DNA from: Sminthopsis crassicaudata
Taxonomy: Eukaryota
Direction: 5' to 3'
NCBI RefSeq assembly: GCF_048593235.1
Contig: NC_133622.1
Location: forward strand, 252,468,055 to 252,532,054
Length of the DNA: 64,000 bases
Shown: one piece after another, positions 15,401 through 37,169 of the stretch
How the letters are laid out: each line of letters begins with the position of its first letter
Numbering within the stretch: position 1 is the stretch's first letter
The notes under the pieces: model-generated
The model's input: the letters and a program-made list of their open reading frames with translations, nothing else
Databases searched by the model: none
Told to the model about the DNA's origin: nothing
Program-made: the position numbers and the translations under genes

Positions 15401-15683
15401 ATCCAAGAGCAATTAATGTCTTTCCAATTATTTAAATCTGACTTTATTTTTGTGGCAAGTGTTTTGTAATTTTGCTCATATAATTGCCCAGGGCTATTTT
15501 GTGCAAATGGAGGGACTTGGGGAAAGAGAGGGAAGGTCAGAGAAAGACTGGGAAAAAAATTGGAGAGCTGCAGAATGGAGCTGGTGAAGGCAGGGGAGAA
15601 GCTTGGAACAGCGGGCAGGAGCCAGGAGCACAAGGTCTGAGGGGCCAGGCTAGGAAGCTTGAACTTGTAGAAGCTAGGGAGCC
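12481..15683. repeat. Segmental duplication copy B of the GSTP upstream region, split by an L1
   Basis: 12481-13612 and 15486-15683 align to 2676-3893. Copy B has about 85 extra nt near 13230-13325. Confidence 0.92.
13613..15485 (-). mobile_element. 5'-truncated L1 (ORF2 C-terminal part plus 3'UTR), 15-bp TSD
   Basis: ORF 13974-15089 is L1 ORF2-like (…HYTPVRLAK…CWRGCGK.GTL.HCWW…). TSD gcccagg(a/c)tatttt-type at 13598-13612 and 15486-15500, with one mismatch. Confidence 0.95.
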
Positions 15684-16658
15684 TACAAAGTAACTAGGCA
15701 GCACACAGGGAGAGCAGTAGACCTGGAGTAAGGAATAACTAAATTCAAATTCGACCTCAGACAATTACAGCACTTGATCTATAGGTAAGTCACTTATCCT
15801 ATGTTTGCCTCAATTTTCTCAATTGTAAAATGTGAGTAATAACAGTGCCTACCTCACAGAGTTGTCATAAGGAACAAATGAAGTAATATTTGTAAACCAA
15901 TTTTACATAATGTCTGAAATATGGTAGGCACTCAATAAATGTTTGCTTCCTCCCTTTTAGAGCTGAGGAAACAGACCGAGAGAGATTAAATGACTTGCTT
16001 AGGTTTACCCAGCATTTGAGGGATTGAGAAAAATCTCAGCTCCCATCTTGCTGTCTTCAAGTCCAGAGCTCCATACACTGCTCCGTCTATCAATAAGACA
16101 ACAAATAGAAATTAAGAGAATGATCATAGATAAACAGAAAAGTATGGTTTTTTGCAGATGATATGATGATATATTTAAAGGACCCTAGAGAGTTAACTAA
16201 ATTAACTAAAAATTGACTTCTAAAAAAATTTCAATGAAAGTATTTATTTTTCAAGTTATATAACACTTTTTTACATTTGTTTTCAAAACTTTTGAGTTCC
16301 AGATTCTTCCTCTTATTTACAGCCCATCTCCATTAAGAAATTACATGTGAATATGCAAAACTTTTCCATAAAAATCATGTTGTAAAAGAAAACACAGCTC
16401 TTTCACCCTAATTTAAAAAAAAAAAAAAAACCTTCAAGAAAAGTAAAGTTTAAAAGAGAGACAGAGAGAGGAGAGAATGCTTCAATCTGTATTCAGACAC
16501 AATCAGTTTCTTCTCTGAATTTTGATAGGATAAAAAATTAATTGAAATAATAACTCTAGTAAAGTTGTAGAATGTAATAATAAATCCATATAAATCATCA
16601 GGATTACTGTATATAGAGTCAATAAAATCCAAGAAGAAAATCTAGCAAGAGAAATTCT

Positions 16659-16806
16659 TTTTTTTTTTTTTTTTTTGAGGCTGGGGTTAAGTGACTTGCC
16701 CAGGGTCACACAGCTAGGAAGTGTCAAGTGTCTGAGACTAGATTTGAACTCGGGTCCTCCTGAATTCAGGGCTGGTGCTCTATCCACTGCGCCACCTAGC
16801 TGCCCC
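16659..16806 (-). mobile_element. Young WSINE1-like SINE with 15-bp TSD
   Basis: TSD agcaagagaaattct at 16644-16658 and 16807-16821; poly-T on the + strand. Confidence 0.9.
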
Positions 16807-17210
16807 AGCAAGAGAAATTCTAATCAAAATTCTATAGAAGTAATAAAATATTTAGGAATGTTATCTATTAAGATGTACCCAGTAGCTATATGCCTGTAAC
16901 TATAAAGTGCTCTTAGCAGAAATAAACACAAACTTAAACAAATGGAAGAAACATTAGTTACTAATGGGTGGATTAAGCCAATATAATAAAAACAATAATT
17001 TTAAATAAGTTAATTTGCTTATTCTGGGCTGTACTAAGAAAAATACCAAAAGAATACTTTGTAGACCTAGAAAAATAATAAGAAAAATCATATGGAGCAA
17101 GAAAAGCTTAAGACTCTCAAGAATAATAATGAAAAAAGTGGAAAGGGAATCTGTCATTACCACATTTCAAATTGTATTACAAAGCAGTAATCATTAAAAA
17201 TCATTTGATG

Positions 17211-17350
17211 GGGGCACCGGGTGGTGCAGTGGATAGAGCTCCCTGAAAGTCAGGAAGACCTGAGTTCAAATCTGCTCTCAGACATTTAATACTTCCTAGC
17301 AGTGTGTTCCTAGGCAAGTCACTTAATCCCAATTGCCTCAGGGGGAAAAA
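17211..17350 (+). mobile_element. WSINE1-like SINE
   Basis: gggggcacc.ggtggtgcagtggatagagc head and A-rich tail. Confidence 0.75.
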
Positions 17351-18157
17351 ATCGGTTGATACTAGCTAAAAAAATGAGAGAGGAAAGTCCATCATTGGAA
17401 CAGATTTAGTTCACACAACACCACACACTAAAATAGGCTCTGAATAGACAAGGTGCTTAAACATCAAAAGTCATATTATCTTTCTTCTTTCATTTATTTA
17501 TTTTGATTTTGTGTTTTGAAATCTCTTTCCATTTTGTCCCTCCATCACACATAGAGAAGACTAGTGATTATAAATTAATAACATTAAATTAGAGGAGCAA
17601 GAAATACATTTTAGGAGGGATTTATGGAGAGGGCAAGAGTTCATGAATACATAAAAAGGGATCACAGAAGATAAAATGGACAATTTTACGATATAAAATT
17701 TGAAAAATATTTGCAAAAAGAAATCTAATCATGAAATTAGAAGGGAAATAGGCAACTGGCAAAAAAAAAATCCCTACTTTTTCTGATAAAGGTCCAATAT
17801 CCAAGATATATAAGGAATTGATTCAAATATATAAAACTCAGAGCCAGTCCAGAGCTAATAAATGGTAAAAGGACATAAACAGGTAGTTTTCAGAGGGAGA
17901 AATCCAAGCTAACCACATGAAAAAAAAAGTTCTAAATCATTAATTAGAGAAATGCAAATTAAAGCAATTTTGAAGTTTCATCTCACATATATCAGGTTGA
18001 CAAAGATGTCAAAAGAGAAAAATGGCAAATGTTGGAGAGGTTCTGGGAAAATGGCCATATTAATACATTGTTAATGAAATTGTAAATAGGACTAGCTATT
18101 TGGAACAGTGTCTCTAAAGTTACTAAAGTTTGTATTCCTTTTCCCTAACTCACCTAT

Positions 18158-18455
18158 CTTTTTTAATAGCTTTTTATTTAAAAGATATATACAAGATACA
18201 ATTTAACATTGACAATTGCAAAACCCTTTGTTCCAACTCTTCCTTCCTTCCCCCCAACCCCTCCCCAGGTGCCAGGTTAACTAATACATGTTAAATATGT
18301 TAAAGTATAAGTTAAATACAATATATGTATACATGTCCATACAGTTATTTTGCTGCACAAAAAGAATCTGACTTTAAAATAGTGTACAATTAGCCTGTGA
18401 AGGAAATCAAAAATGCAGGAGGAGAAGAATAGAGGGATTGGGAATTCTAGGTAGG
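18158..18455 (-). mobile_element. L1 3'UTR fragment with short TSD
   Basis: ctcacctat at 18149-18157 and 18456-18464. Confidence 0.6.
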
Positions 18456-18509
18456 CTCACCTATTATTGATTGATAATTCTTGATAACTTCTTTTCAAGA
18501 TCATTAAAA

Positions 18510-19555
18510 AATTTATTTGTTTGGTCAAATGATATAAATAGACAATTTTCAGATGATGAAATTGAACCTATTTCTATTCATATGAAAGAGTGTTCCAAAT
18601 CACTATTGATCAGAGAAATGCACTTTAAGACCACTCTGAGATACCATTACACACCTGTCAGATTGCTAAGATGACAGGAAAAGATAATGACAAATGTTGG
18701 AGGGGATGTGGGAAAACTGGGACACTGATGCATTGTTGGTGGAGTTGTGAAAGAATCCAGCCATTCTGGAGAGCAATCTGGAACTGTGCCCAAAAAGTTA
18801 TCAAACTGTGCATACCCTTTGTTCCAGCAGTGTTACTGCTAGGTTTATATCCCAAGGAAATACTAAAGAAGGGAAAGGGACCCACAGGTGCAAAAATGTT
18901 TGTGGCAACCATCTTTGTCATGGCCAGAAACTGGAAATTGAATGAATACCCATCAATTAGAGAATGGTTGAATAAGTTGTGGTATATGAATGTTGTGGAA
19001 TATTCTTGTTCTGTAAGAAATGACCAGCAGGATGATTTCAGAAGGGCCTGGAGAGAGTTACATGAACTGATGTTGAGGGAAGTGAGCAGGACCAGGAGAT
19101 CATTATACACGGTAACAACAATACTATATGAGGATCAATTCTGATGGACGTGGCTCTCTTCAACAATGAGAGGATCCAAATCAGTTCCAATTGATCAATG
19201 ATGAACTGAACCAGTTACACCCAGAGAAAGAACACTGAGAAATGAGTGTGGAACACAACATAGCATTTGCACTCTTTCTGTTATCATTTGCTTGCTTTTT
19301 GTTTTTCTTCCCAGGTTATTTTTATCTTCTTTCTAAATCCGATTTTTCTTAAGCAGCAAGACAACTGTATACATATGTGTACATATATTATATTTAACAT
19401 ATCCTTTAGCATATTTAACATGTATGGGACTACCTGCCATCTAGGGGAGGGCGTGGGGGAGGGAGGGGAAAAGTTGGAACAGAAGTTTTTGCAAGGGTCA
19501 ATGTTGAAAAATTACCCGTGTATATGTTTCGTAAATAAAAAGCTATAATAAAAAA
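18510..19555 (+). mobile_element. 5'-truncated L1 (ORF2 end plus 3'UTR and polyA)
   Basis: ORF 18671-19144 CWRGCGKTGTLMHCWW…; AATAAA and A tail at about 19534-19555. Confidence 0.9.
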
Positions 19556-20977
19556 ATGATTTGTCTCTCTTTTGGTTCAAGTAAATGGATCTAGGATGCA
19601 AAGAGAGAGAATAGAAAAATAGCTCAAACTATCATGAATGTTAAAATACACAAACTCTTCAGAGTCACTTGTGACTTGCCCAGAATCATATAGCTAGGAA
19701 GTGTTAAGTGGCTGAGGCTGGATTTGACTCGGAACTTCCTCCTTCAGGGCTGGTGTTCTGTCCACTGTGCCATCTGGCTTTGCCCCAGAGAGGTCATGGT
19801 TGGAGAAATGGAAGCGCAGGAGAGTGAATGACTACTTGTCCACTCTCACACTCTCATAAAGTCGGGATTTGAATTCATGTCCCAGGGTCCTACTTCCCAA
19901 GTTTTGCTGATTTTGATTGAATCTGTGATTTCACTGGTATAGGGACCTTCTAGAGTAGAAGCCCTCTACCAGCACTGATTGGCACCTGATCCGCAATTGG
20001 CCACAGGACCCGGAGACTGATTTGTGTGTACATGTGTTTATGATGTTGCTGTATGACCAGGTGTTTTGTGTACAGAGTGTGATTTGTATGATGAGTGGCG
20101 TACAGGTATCATCAAGCTGAAATCATGAAGAAAGTCCTCTTGTTGAAGTCACAGAGGATGGAATGTAGTAGGCTGAGAAAACTGAGAGTACTCGATTACT
20201 GTGGAATTTGTAACATTCAAGTATGCAGTTTGGTCCATGCTCTGAACATCTGACTGATCCCATTGCCTTTCCCTGATTGATTGGTCACAACCTCCCAAAG
20301 AAAGCTCATGAGTTTGGTCCTAATGCAGTGAGAGATAAACCCTGAAGGATCAGTTGGGTGTTACCATGAGGAAAACCCACAAAAATTGGCCAGTTTGATG
20401 TGTTTTCTTGGATCTCAACTGATTTTAATGATTGTAGCCTTAATACATGGCATGGGGAGTGGCCCAGAGTAGGTGCTTGGTAAATGTTTGCTGCGGCTCA
20501 TGAGATGTGTCACCAGTGCAGGAACCGTGGGCAGGCGGTATTTATGGAAAAGGGGAGACTTCTCAGTAGAAACCAGAGGACCAGGAAGGCAGGATCCCCC
20601 TTCTAGATGATGACAGTCCAGCAAAGCTGTGAGAACCCCAGGATGGTAAGGGGAGGCAATCAATCAATATTTATTATCATGTACGGGTCGCCTCCTTGTC
20701 TGCAGGAGGAAGATGCTCTTCTGGAATGCAGATCCAGGGATGAATTCTGACCAGCTGTCCTGTTCTGGACATTGCTTTCAATCTTGCCCTCCCTGCCCGG
20801 CCACTCCTGCCCCACTTCCTGTCGAGGACATCCGGACTACTGTCCCCGTCCCCTGCAGACACGCAACTTTGGTGTCCTTGGAGACTTTTCACTTACCCTG
20901 CCCCCACAGAAGCAGCCTGTGGCATCTGCACTCCCTTAGTCCAGCTGACCCCTGACCCCAGAGTGGACGGAGGTCGA

Positions 20978-21350
20978 NNNNNNNNNNNNNNNNNNNNNNN
21001 NNNNNNNNNNNNNNNNNNNNNNNNNNNNNNNNNNNNNNNNNNNNNNNNNNNNNNNNNNNNNNNNNNNNNNNNNNNNNNNNNNNNNNNNNNNNNNNNNNNN
21101 NNNNNNNNNNNNNNNNNNNNNNNNNNNNNNNNNNNNNNNNNNNNNNNNNNNNNNNNNNNNNNNNNNNNNNNNNNNNNNNNNNNNNNNNNNNNNNNNNNNN
21201 NNNNNNNNNNNNNNNNNNNNNNNNNNNNNNNNNNNNNNNNNNNNNNNNNNNNNNNNNNNNNNNNNNNNNNNNNNNNNNNNNNNNNNNNNNNNNNNNNNNN
21301 NNNNNNNNNNNNNNNNNNNNNNNNNNNNNNNNNNNNNNNNNNNNNNNNNN
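20978..21350. other. Assembly gap (N)
   Basis: Run of N. Confidence 0.99.
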
Positions 21351-21839
21351 CTTTTTATTTTCAAAATACATGCACAGATAGCTCTTGGTATTCACCCTTG
21401 CAAAACTCTGTGTACAGTCTCGCTGCTGCCAGGCCGGGATCCCGCTCCTGCCACCTTCCCTCAGCCCTCAGCTCCCGTGGGTCTCTGCGGCCGCTCTGAC
21501 ATCCCCCTGCTGATCGTTCCTTCCAGAACAGAATGTTCCACACACCACACTGTTCTCCCCCCCCCCCCCCCCCCCCCCCCCCCCCGCACTTTCCAGTTTC
21601 TGGCCGCTACAAAATTTGTTCCCCTCCTTTCCGGGCCTCCTTGGGATATGAGACGGACAGTTCCTTTAGACGCGTTTGCCTTGGTTCCCGGAGCGGACAT
21701 TTCTAAGGCCCCTCGCTTTCTGCACGTGACCTGCACTGGAGGCCACTACGATTATCCCCATTTAGCTCCTGACGCTCCCAAGCGGCCACATAGTAGCGTA
21801 ACCTTGGCTCCAACCCTCATTTTCCGCCACCAGATGTAA

Positions 21840-22189
21840 ACCAGGCGCCGGCGGGGCGGAGGGAGGAGCCTCAGAGCGCAGGCGCGAGCACCAGCCGGGG
21901 AGCCCACACGACCAGGAGCGGGAGGCCGTACTACAATTCCCAGAAGGGCCCGGGACAGAACGGCGCGGCGCGGGGGACGGACGCCAGGCGTGGAGGCGGA
22001 GCCTCGCGGCCCCGTGACGCCAGCGCGCGCTGCTGCGTGTGACGTTAAACTCCTGCGCCGGGGCCCGGCTTCTGCCTGTCCGCGGGAGCGAAGGTGACAG
22101 CAGGAAGGTCCGCGCCTTGGGAGGCAGCGGGCGCTGCGAAACCTCGGTCCTCCCTCCCGCCGCCCGCGCTCCCCTCTCCGGCCCGCACC

Positions 22190-22190
<1 letters not shown>
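21840..22190 (+). promoter_or_regulatory. NDUFV1 CpG-island promoter with NRF1-like and ZNF143 motifs
   Basis: GCGCAGGCGC at 21876-21885, ACTACAATTCCCAGAAGGGC at 21930-21949, and GC boxes. A full CRE TGACGTCA lies in intron 1 at 22580-22587. Confidence 0.65.
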
Positions 22191-24611
<2,421 letters not shown>

Positions 24612-24977
24612 GTCGGAGCCCGCCACCCCTCTCCCCCTTCCCGACCTGATTTGTGTGAATAAAGTCAGGGCTGCCCTCGGGCCGCTCCTGAGTCTCTATT
24701 TAGCCACGTCTGCTCCCTGAGTGCAGGGGCTGGAGGGAGGGGGATCCCATCTTGGCTCTGGTTGTCGGGTCCTGGAAGGCCCCGGGATCTCGGCCCAGAG
24801 AGGCCCCACTGGGGCTGTTAGCCGCATGAGCAAGGGGGTCAGTGGGAGAAATGGGCACAGCAGAGCCTCCTGCATTCAACCAGTGTTTATTGGAGAGTGC
24901 AGGGAGAGGAAGGGAGAGCCGCCCCAAAAGGGTCCGTGTGGGCTCCTCCGCCTTGCTCCTCGGGGTCCCCTCCGGGC

Positions 24978-31488
<6,511 letters not shown>

Positions 31489-32239
31489 TTAACGGGGGGC
31501 AATGTGAGGAGGGGGCCGAGAGAAGGGAGAGGTCGGTGGTGGGGAGGAGGGACAAAGGGAGGGGATAATTCCACGGGGAAGGTCAGTGCAGTGGAAGGCA
31601 CTGGGCAGAAGGGGGAACGCTGGGAGTGGCCCCGGACCCGGGCTGGCCGGACTGCAGGGGCCCCTCGGGAGGACCAGACCCTTGGGGCTCTGTCCCAGGC
31701 CCAGGTGCTGACTGACCAGCTATAGCGGTCCCGGCGGTTTCCGGCGGTCAGCTCAGCTACAGCTGGGGGTGGGCAGGGAATGGGACCCTGGGGGCTGGGA
31801 GTGGACGGCCAGACCCCAGGTAAGGTCACGTGCCCTCCGGAGGATCGGCCCTCCTCATAGGAGGGGCTTCTGGGTTTGTATTTGGGGGGGGGGTCTGTGG
31901 AGTGACCTTGGAGAGGGGAAGTCTCCTTTCTGGGGAGAGGGCTTTCTCTGGGGATGGTCTCTTGGGGGAGGGGAGGTTGGGAGGTCTAGCCCACGGGAGC
32001 CCCTCCCCCCAGTCTGGGGCAGGTCTGTGGGGTTTCTGTCCCGGGCGACAGGTGCGGGGAGGGGGCTTCTTCCTCAGTGGGGATTGCGAGGGGGAGGTCG
32101 GGCGTCAGGAGAGGCGGGGAGCGCCCCCAGCAGGGTCCGACACGGATGCGGGTCCGGGGGCTTCAGGGGGCTCGGGGAGATCTTGGGGCGCGCTCCCCTC
32201 TGTGCCCGGGCTGCTGAGAGCGAGTAGGGCCGGAGAACT

Positions 32240-33050
32240 CACCTGGTTCTTGGACGGCCGAGCGAACACGGGCCGGACCGACTGCCCGCGGCTCCGGGTC
32301 CGAAGCGGGCCAGCTACGTCCGCCGCCGCCGCCGCCTGCCTCCCACCCGGGACCCGCGTCTGTGACCGCCTCGTGTCCTCTCCGGCGCCGCGCCGCGGGG
32401 ACACGCGGGGACGGCCGCACACGCTCACACTCGCGCACACACTTACCCTGGCCCCCTCCCCCCTCCCAGATCACGAACTGCGTCCGCTCCCCCGTCGCCC
32501 GCCGGCCTCCCGCCCCCTCCCACTGCCGCCCTGGCGGCCGGGCCGCTCCAGCACTCGGCGCTCGCAGGAACCTTCACACCCTCCGCTCGGCTCCCTTACG
32601 GGAAGCGGGTGCGACTAACACGGAGCGCCCGGGGAGAGCTTGCCGCCCCCTGCCCTGCCCTGGGTGCCCCCGACTCCCCGGGCTCCGCCCCGCCCCCCAA
32701 GGCCCGCGCCAGCTTGGACACGTACGCCCTCAGACACGCGCGGCTCCGAAGGCCAGATCCCGATATGTATCACCCAGGCTCGGGCGCAGGACTTTTCGCA
32801 GCCCGAGCGCTTCCCCCCTCCCCGTCCCCGCGGTCTGGGAGCTTCCCTCCCCCAACACCTCTGTGGTCGCCTGTGAAATGGAGTTATTTTTACAAAGTAA
32901 TTTATTCTTGCTAACTGCCGACAGAGGTGAGAAATGGAAAGGAGAGGGGGACACGAGGCGTTAGGGGCACAGGAGGGGAGGCTGGGAGAAGGGCGCAGCA
33001 GCCAGAAAGACGGAACAGGGCTGCAGCCGGCGGACCGGGAGGAGGGAGGG
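32240..33050 (-). promoter_or_regulatory. DOC2G CpG-island promoter and probable non-coding first exon
   Basis: CpG-dense. A minus-strand donor CAG|GTGAGT lies at about 32237-32245, and an acceptor at 31457-31458 sits just upstream of the ATG. Confidence 0.55.
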
Positions 33051-33173
33051 GCTGACTTAGTTTCCTCCCCCTTCCCCTTCTCAAGCCCTTCCCCTCAGCT
33101 ATCTAGTCACTAGCTCCCAGCTGTAGGTGCCATGGTCCAGGAACAGCCTCAGTTTGTGCCAGGGCTTAACTCT

Positions 33174-33803
33174 TTTTTATTTATTTATTTTTAAAATTAA
33201 TTTTATAATTATAAAAATTTTTTTGACAGTACATATGCAGGAGTAATTTTTTTATAACATTATCCCTTGTATTCATTTTTCCAGATTTTCCCCTCCCTCC
33301 CTCTCCTCCCTCCCCTAGATGACAGGCAATCCCATACATTTTACATGTGTTACAGATACCCTAGATACAGTCTATGTGTGCAGAACCGAATTTCTTGTTG
33401 CACATTAAGTATTAGCTTCGGAAGGTATAAGTAACCTGGGTAGATAGACAGTAGTGCTAACAATTTACATTCACTTCCCAATGTTCCTTCTCTGGGTGTA
33501 GTTGTTTCTGTCCATCACTGATCAACTGGAAGTGAGTTGGATCTTCTTTATGTTGAAGATTTCCACTTCCATCAGAATACATCCTCATACAACATTGAAG
33601 TGTATAATGATCACCTGGTTCTGCTCATTTCACTCAGCATCAGTTGATTTAAGTCTCTCCAAGCCTCTCTGTATTCCTCCTGCTGGTCATTTCTTACAGA
33701 GCAATAATATTCCATAACCTTCATATACCATAATTTACCCAGCCATTCTCCAATGGATGGACATCTGTTCATCTTCCAGTTTCTAGCCATTATGAAAAGA
33801 ACT
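33174..33803 (-). mobile_element. Short 5'-truncated L1 with 13-bp TSD
   Basis: TSD agggcttaactct at 33161-33173 and 33804-33816; same 3'UTR family as the L1 at 13613. Confidence 0.9.
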
Positions 33804-34721
33804 AGGGCTTAACTCTGGAGGCCATTGTGAATACTTTGCCCGCCTCCCCTCCACATGCAATCACGAGACTCCCAGCGGAGGCTGGCCCCCTCTCGGAATC
33901 CGCCCTGCTCTGGCTCTCTCCTTCCCAAGTCTCTGTCCCAATCTGAAACCAAGGGGCTGCCTTGTTGATCTACTCAGCATGGGACCCCAAGGGCAGACAA
34001 TGTCCAGGCCCACCTTTCCCAACACCTATTGGCAAGCCAGGGGTCCTGGGAGAGACCCCCGGTCACACAGAAATTGTCTAAGCTCTAGAACTGGGCTGCA
34101 TCCAGAGAGGTCAGTCAGTCAGCAAGTAGCCATTAAGCTTTTATTATGTGTCGGGCACTCTTCTAAGTGCCGGAGATACAAAGGAAGGCCCAAACCAGAG
34201 TGCCATCCTCCCTTCTAACCCGGGAGACAACTTGTAAGCAGCTCCGAGTGAGAGACGGAGAGACAAAGGAGGGACTGGGAATTCTCCAGGCCTGCTGAGT
34301 ACTCCTTCCTTCTTTGAAAATCATGGGTTCATATGTATACATATATTGTATTTAACTTATACTTTAACATATTTAACACGTATTGGTCAACCTGCCATCT
34401 GGGGGAAGGGGAAGGAGGGGAAAATTGGAACAAAAGGTTTTGCAATTGTCAATGCTGAAAAATTACCCATGCATATATCTTGTAAACAAAAAGCTATAAA
34501 AAATAAATAAATGTCATCCAAAGTAAAATTTTTTAAAAAATCATACATTTATGATGCTGAGAGAAACCAGCCAAACCAGGAACACAGAGCACACAATAAC
34601 ACCGAGATTGTACAACTTCTCAGCAGTTCAGTGATCCAAGGCCAGCCCAACTTTGGATAGAAAACATCTGCAACCAGAGAGAGAATTATGGAGACAGTGT
34701 ACATCAACACATGCTATGTTC

Positions 34722-36823
34722 TGATGGTATACTTAGAGAACCCTAAAGACTCTGCTAAAAAGCTATTAGAAATAATTCAGAATTTTAGCAAAGTCGCAGG
34801 ATACAAAATAAATCCACATAAATCCTCAGGATTTTTATACATTACCAACACAATCCAACAGCAAGAGATACAAAGAGAAATTCCATTCAAAATAACAGTC
34901 GATAGTATCAAATATTTGGGACTCTATCTACCAAAGGAGAGTCAGGAATTATATGAGCAAAATTACAAAACACTTGCCACAAAAATAATGTCAGATTTAA
35001 ATAATTGGAAAGACATTCAATGTTCTTGGATAGGCTGAGCGAATATAATAAAGATGACAATACTCCCCAAACTAATCTATTTATTTAGTGCTATACCAAT
35101 CAGACTCCCAAGAAACTATTTTAATGACCTAGAAAAAATAACAACAAAATTCATATGGAAGAATAAAAGGTCGAGAATTGCAAGGGAACTAATGAAAAAA
35201 AAGTCAGAGGAAGGTGGTCTAAGTGTACCTGATTTAAAGCTATATTATAAAGCAACAGTCACCAAAACCATTTGGTATTGGCTAAGAAATAGACTAGTTG
35301 ATCAGTGGCATAGGTTAGGTTCACAGGACAAGATAGTGAATAAAAATAGCAATCTAATCTTTGACAAACCCAAAGATCCCAAATTTTGGGATAAGAATTC
35401 ATTATTTGACAAAAACTGCTGGGAAAACTGGAAATTAGTATGGCAGAAACTAGGCATGGACCCACATTTAACACCACATACTAAGATTAGATCAAAATGG
35501 GTCCAAGATTTAGGCATAAAGAACGAAATCATAAATAAATTGGAGGAACATGGGATGGTTTACCTCTCAGACTTGTGGAGGAGGAAGGAGTTTGTGTCCA
35601 AGGGAGAACTAGAGACCATTATTGATCACAAAATAGAACATTTTGATTACACCAAATTAAAAAGTTTCTGCACAAACAAAACTAATGCAAACAAGATTAG
35701 AAGGGAAGTAACAAATTGGGAAAAAATTTTTACAGTTAAAGGTTCTGATAAAGGCCTCATCTCCAAAATATACAGAGAATTGACTTTAATTTATAAGAAA
35801 TCAAGCCATTCTCCAATTGATAAATGGTCAAAGGATATGAACAGACAATTTTCAGATGATGAAATTAAAACTATTTCCACTCATATGAAAGAGTGTTCCA
35901 AATCACTATTGATCAGAGAAATGCAAATTAAGACAACTCTGAGGTATCATTACACACCTGTCAGATTGGCTAAGATGACAGGAACAAATAACGATGAATG
36001 TTGGAGGGGCTGTGGGAAAACTGGGACACTGATGCATTGTTGGTGGAGTTGTGAAAGAATCCAACCATTCTGGAGAGTAATCTGGAATTACGCCCAAAAA
36101 GTTATCAAAATGTGCATACCCTTTGACCCAGCCATACTACTACTGGGCTTATACCCCAAGGAACTACTAGAGAAGGGAAAGGGTCCTGTATGTGCCAAAA
36201 TGTTTGTGGCAGCCCTTTTCATAGTGGCTAGAAGCTGGAAGATGAATGGATGTCCATCAATTGGAGAATGGTTGGGTAAACTATGGTATATGAATGTTAT
36301 GGAATATTATTGTTCAATAAGAAATGACCAATAGGAGAAATACAGAGAGGCTTGGAGAAACTTACATCAACTGATGCTGAGTGAAACGAGCAGAACGAGG
36401 AGATCATTATACACTTCAACAATGATACTGTACGAGGATGTATGCTGATGGAAGTGGATTTCTTCAACATAGAGAAGAGCTAATCCAATTCCAATTGATT
36501 AATGATGGACAGAACCAGCTACATCCAGAAAAGGAACACTGGGAAATGAATGTAAACTGTTATTTTTACCTTCTGAATCCAATTCTTCCTGTGCAACAAA
36601 AAATTCGGTTCTACACACATATATTGTATCTAAATTATACTGTAATATATTTAACATATATAAGACTGCTTGCCATCTGGGGGAGGGGGTTGGGGGAGGA
36701 AGGGAAAAAATCTGAATAGAAGTAAGTGCAAGGGATAATGTTGTAAAAAATTACCCATGCATATGTACTGTCAAAAAATGTTATAATTATAAAATAAAAT
36801 AAAAAATTAAAAAAAAAAAAGAG
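34722..36823 (+). mobile_element. 5'-truncated young L1 (ORF2 RT-end and C-terminus), 16-bp TSD, nested in an older L1 3' end
   Basis: ORFs 34688-35038 and 35054-36334 are L1 ORF2-like. PolyA tail. TSD aacacatgctatgttc at 34706-34721 and 36824-36839. Confidence 0.96.
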
Positions 36824-37169
36824 AACACATGCTATGTTCACTTTTTTCCTTTTTCTTCTTTTTTTTCCTATCTCTCATGATTTTTCCTGCTTTGTTCTGA
36901 TTTTCTTCTCCCAACATGATTCATAAAGAAATGTGTATTAAAAAAAATAATGTACATGTATAATCAGAACAAAATAAAACAAAAAACAATCATGGGTTCA
37001 TAAGCTCAAATCTCTAGAGTTAGAAAAAATCTCAGAGGCCAGCTGGTCCGAACCCCTCATTTTACAGATGGGGACACTGAGGACAAGGGTCATAAAGAAA
37101 GTAGGTGACTGAGCTGAGATTTGAATCCAGGTCTTCTGTCTCCAAACTCTGTGTTTATCCCAGTACACC

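Larger units (their letters stand above)
16090..18120 (+). mobile_element. Old fragmented L1 ORF2 with nested SINEs and an inverted L1 3' fragment
   Basis: Degenerate ORF2 motifs (FADDM.., ..IKYLG.., ..YYKA..); many stops. Confidence 0.7.

Noticed and set aside
32545-32570. Possible REST/NRSE site in the DOC2G promoter
   Set aside because: Only the left half (TCCAGCAC) resembles the consensus; the GGACAG half is missing.
35054-36334. 426-aa L1 ORF as an active or domesticated gene
   Set aside because: The element is 5'-truncated with TSD and polyA, lacks ORF1 and the endonuclease, and has in-frame stops at about 35036 and 36332.
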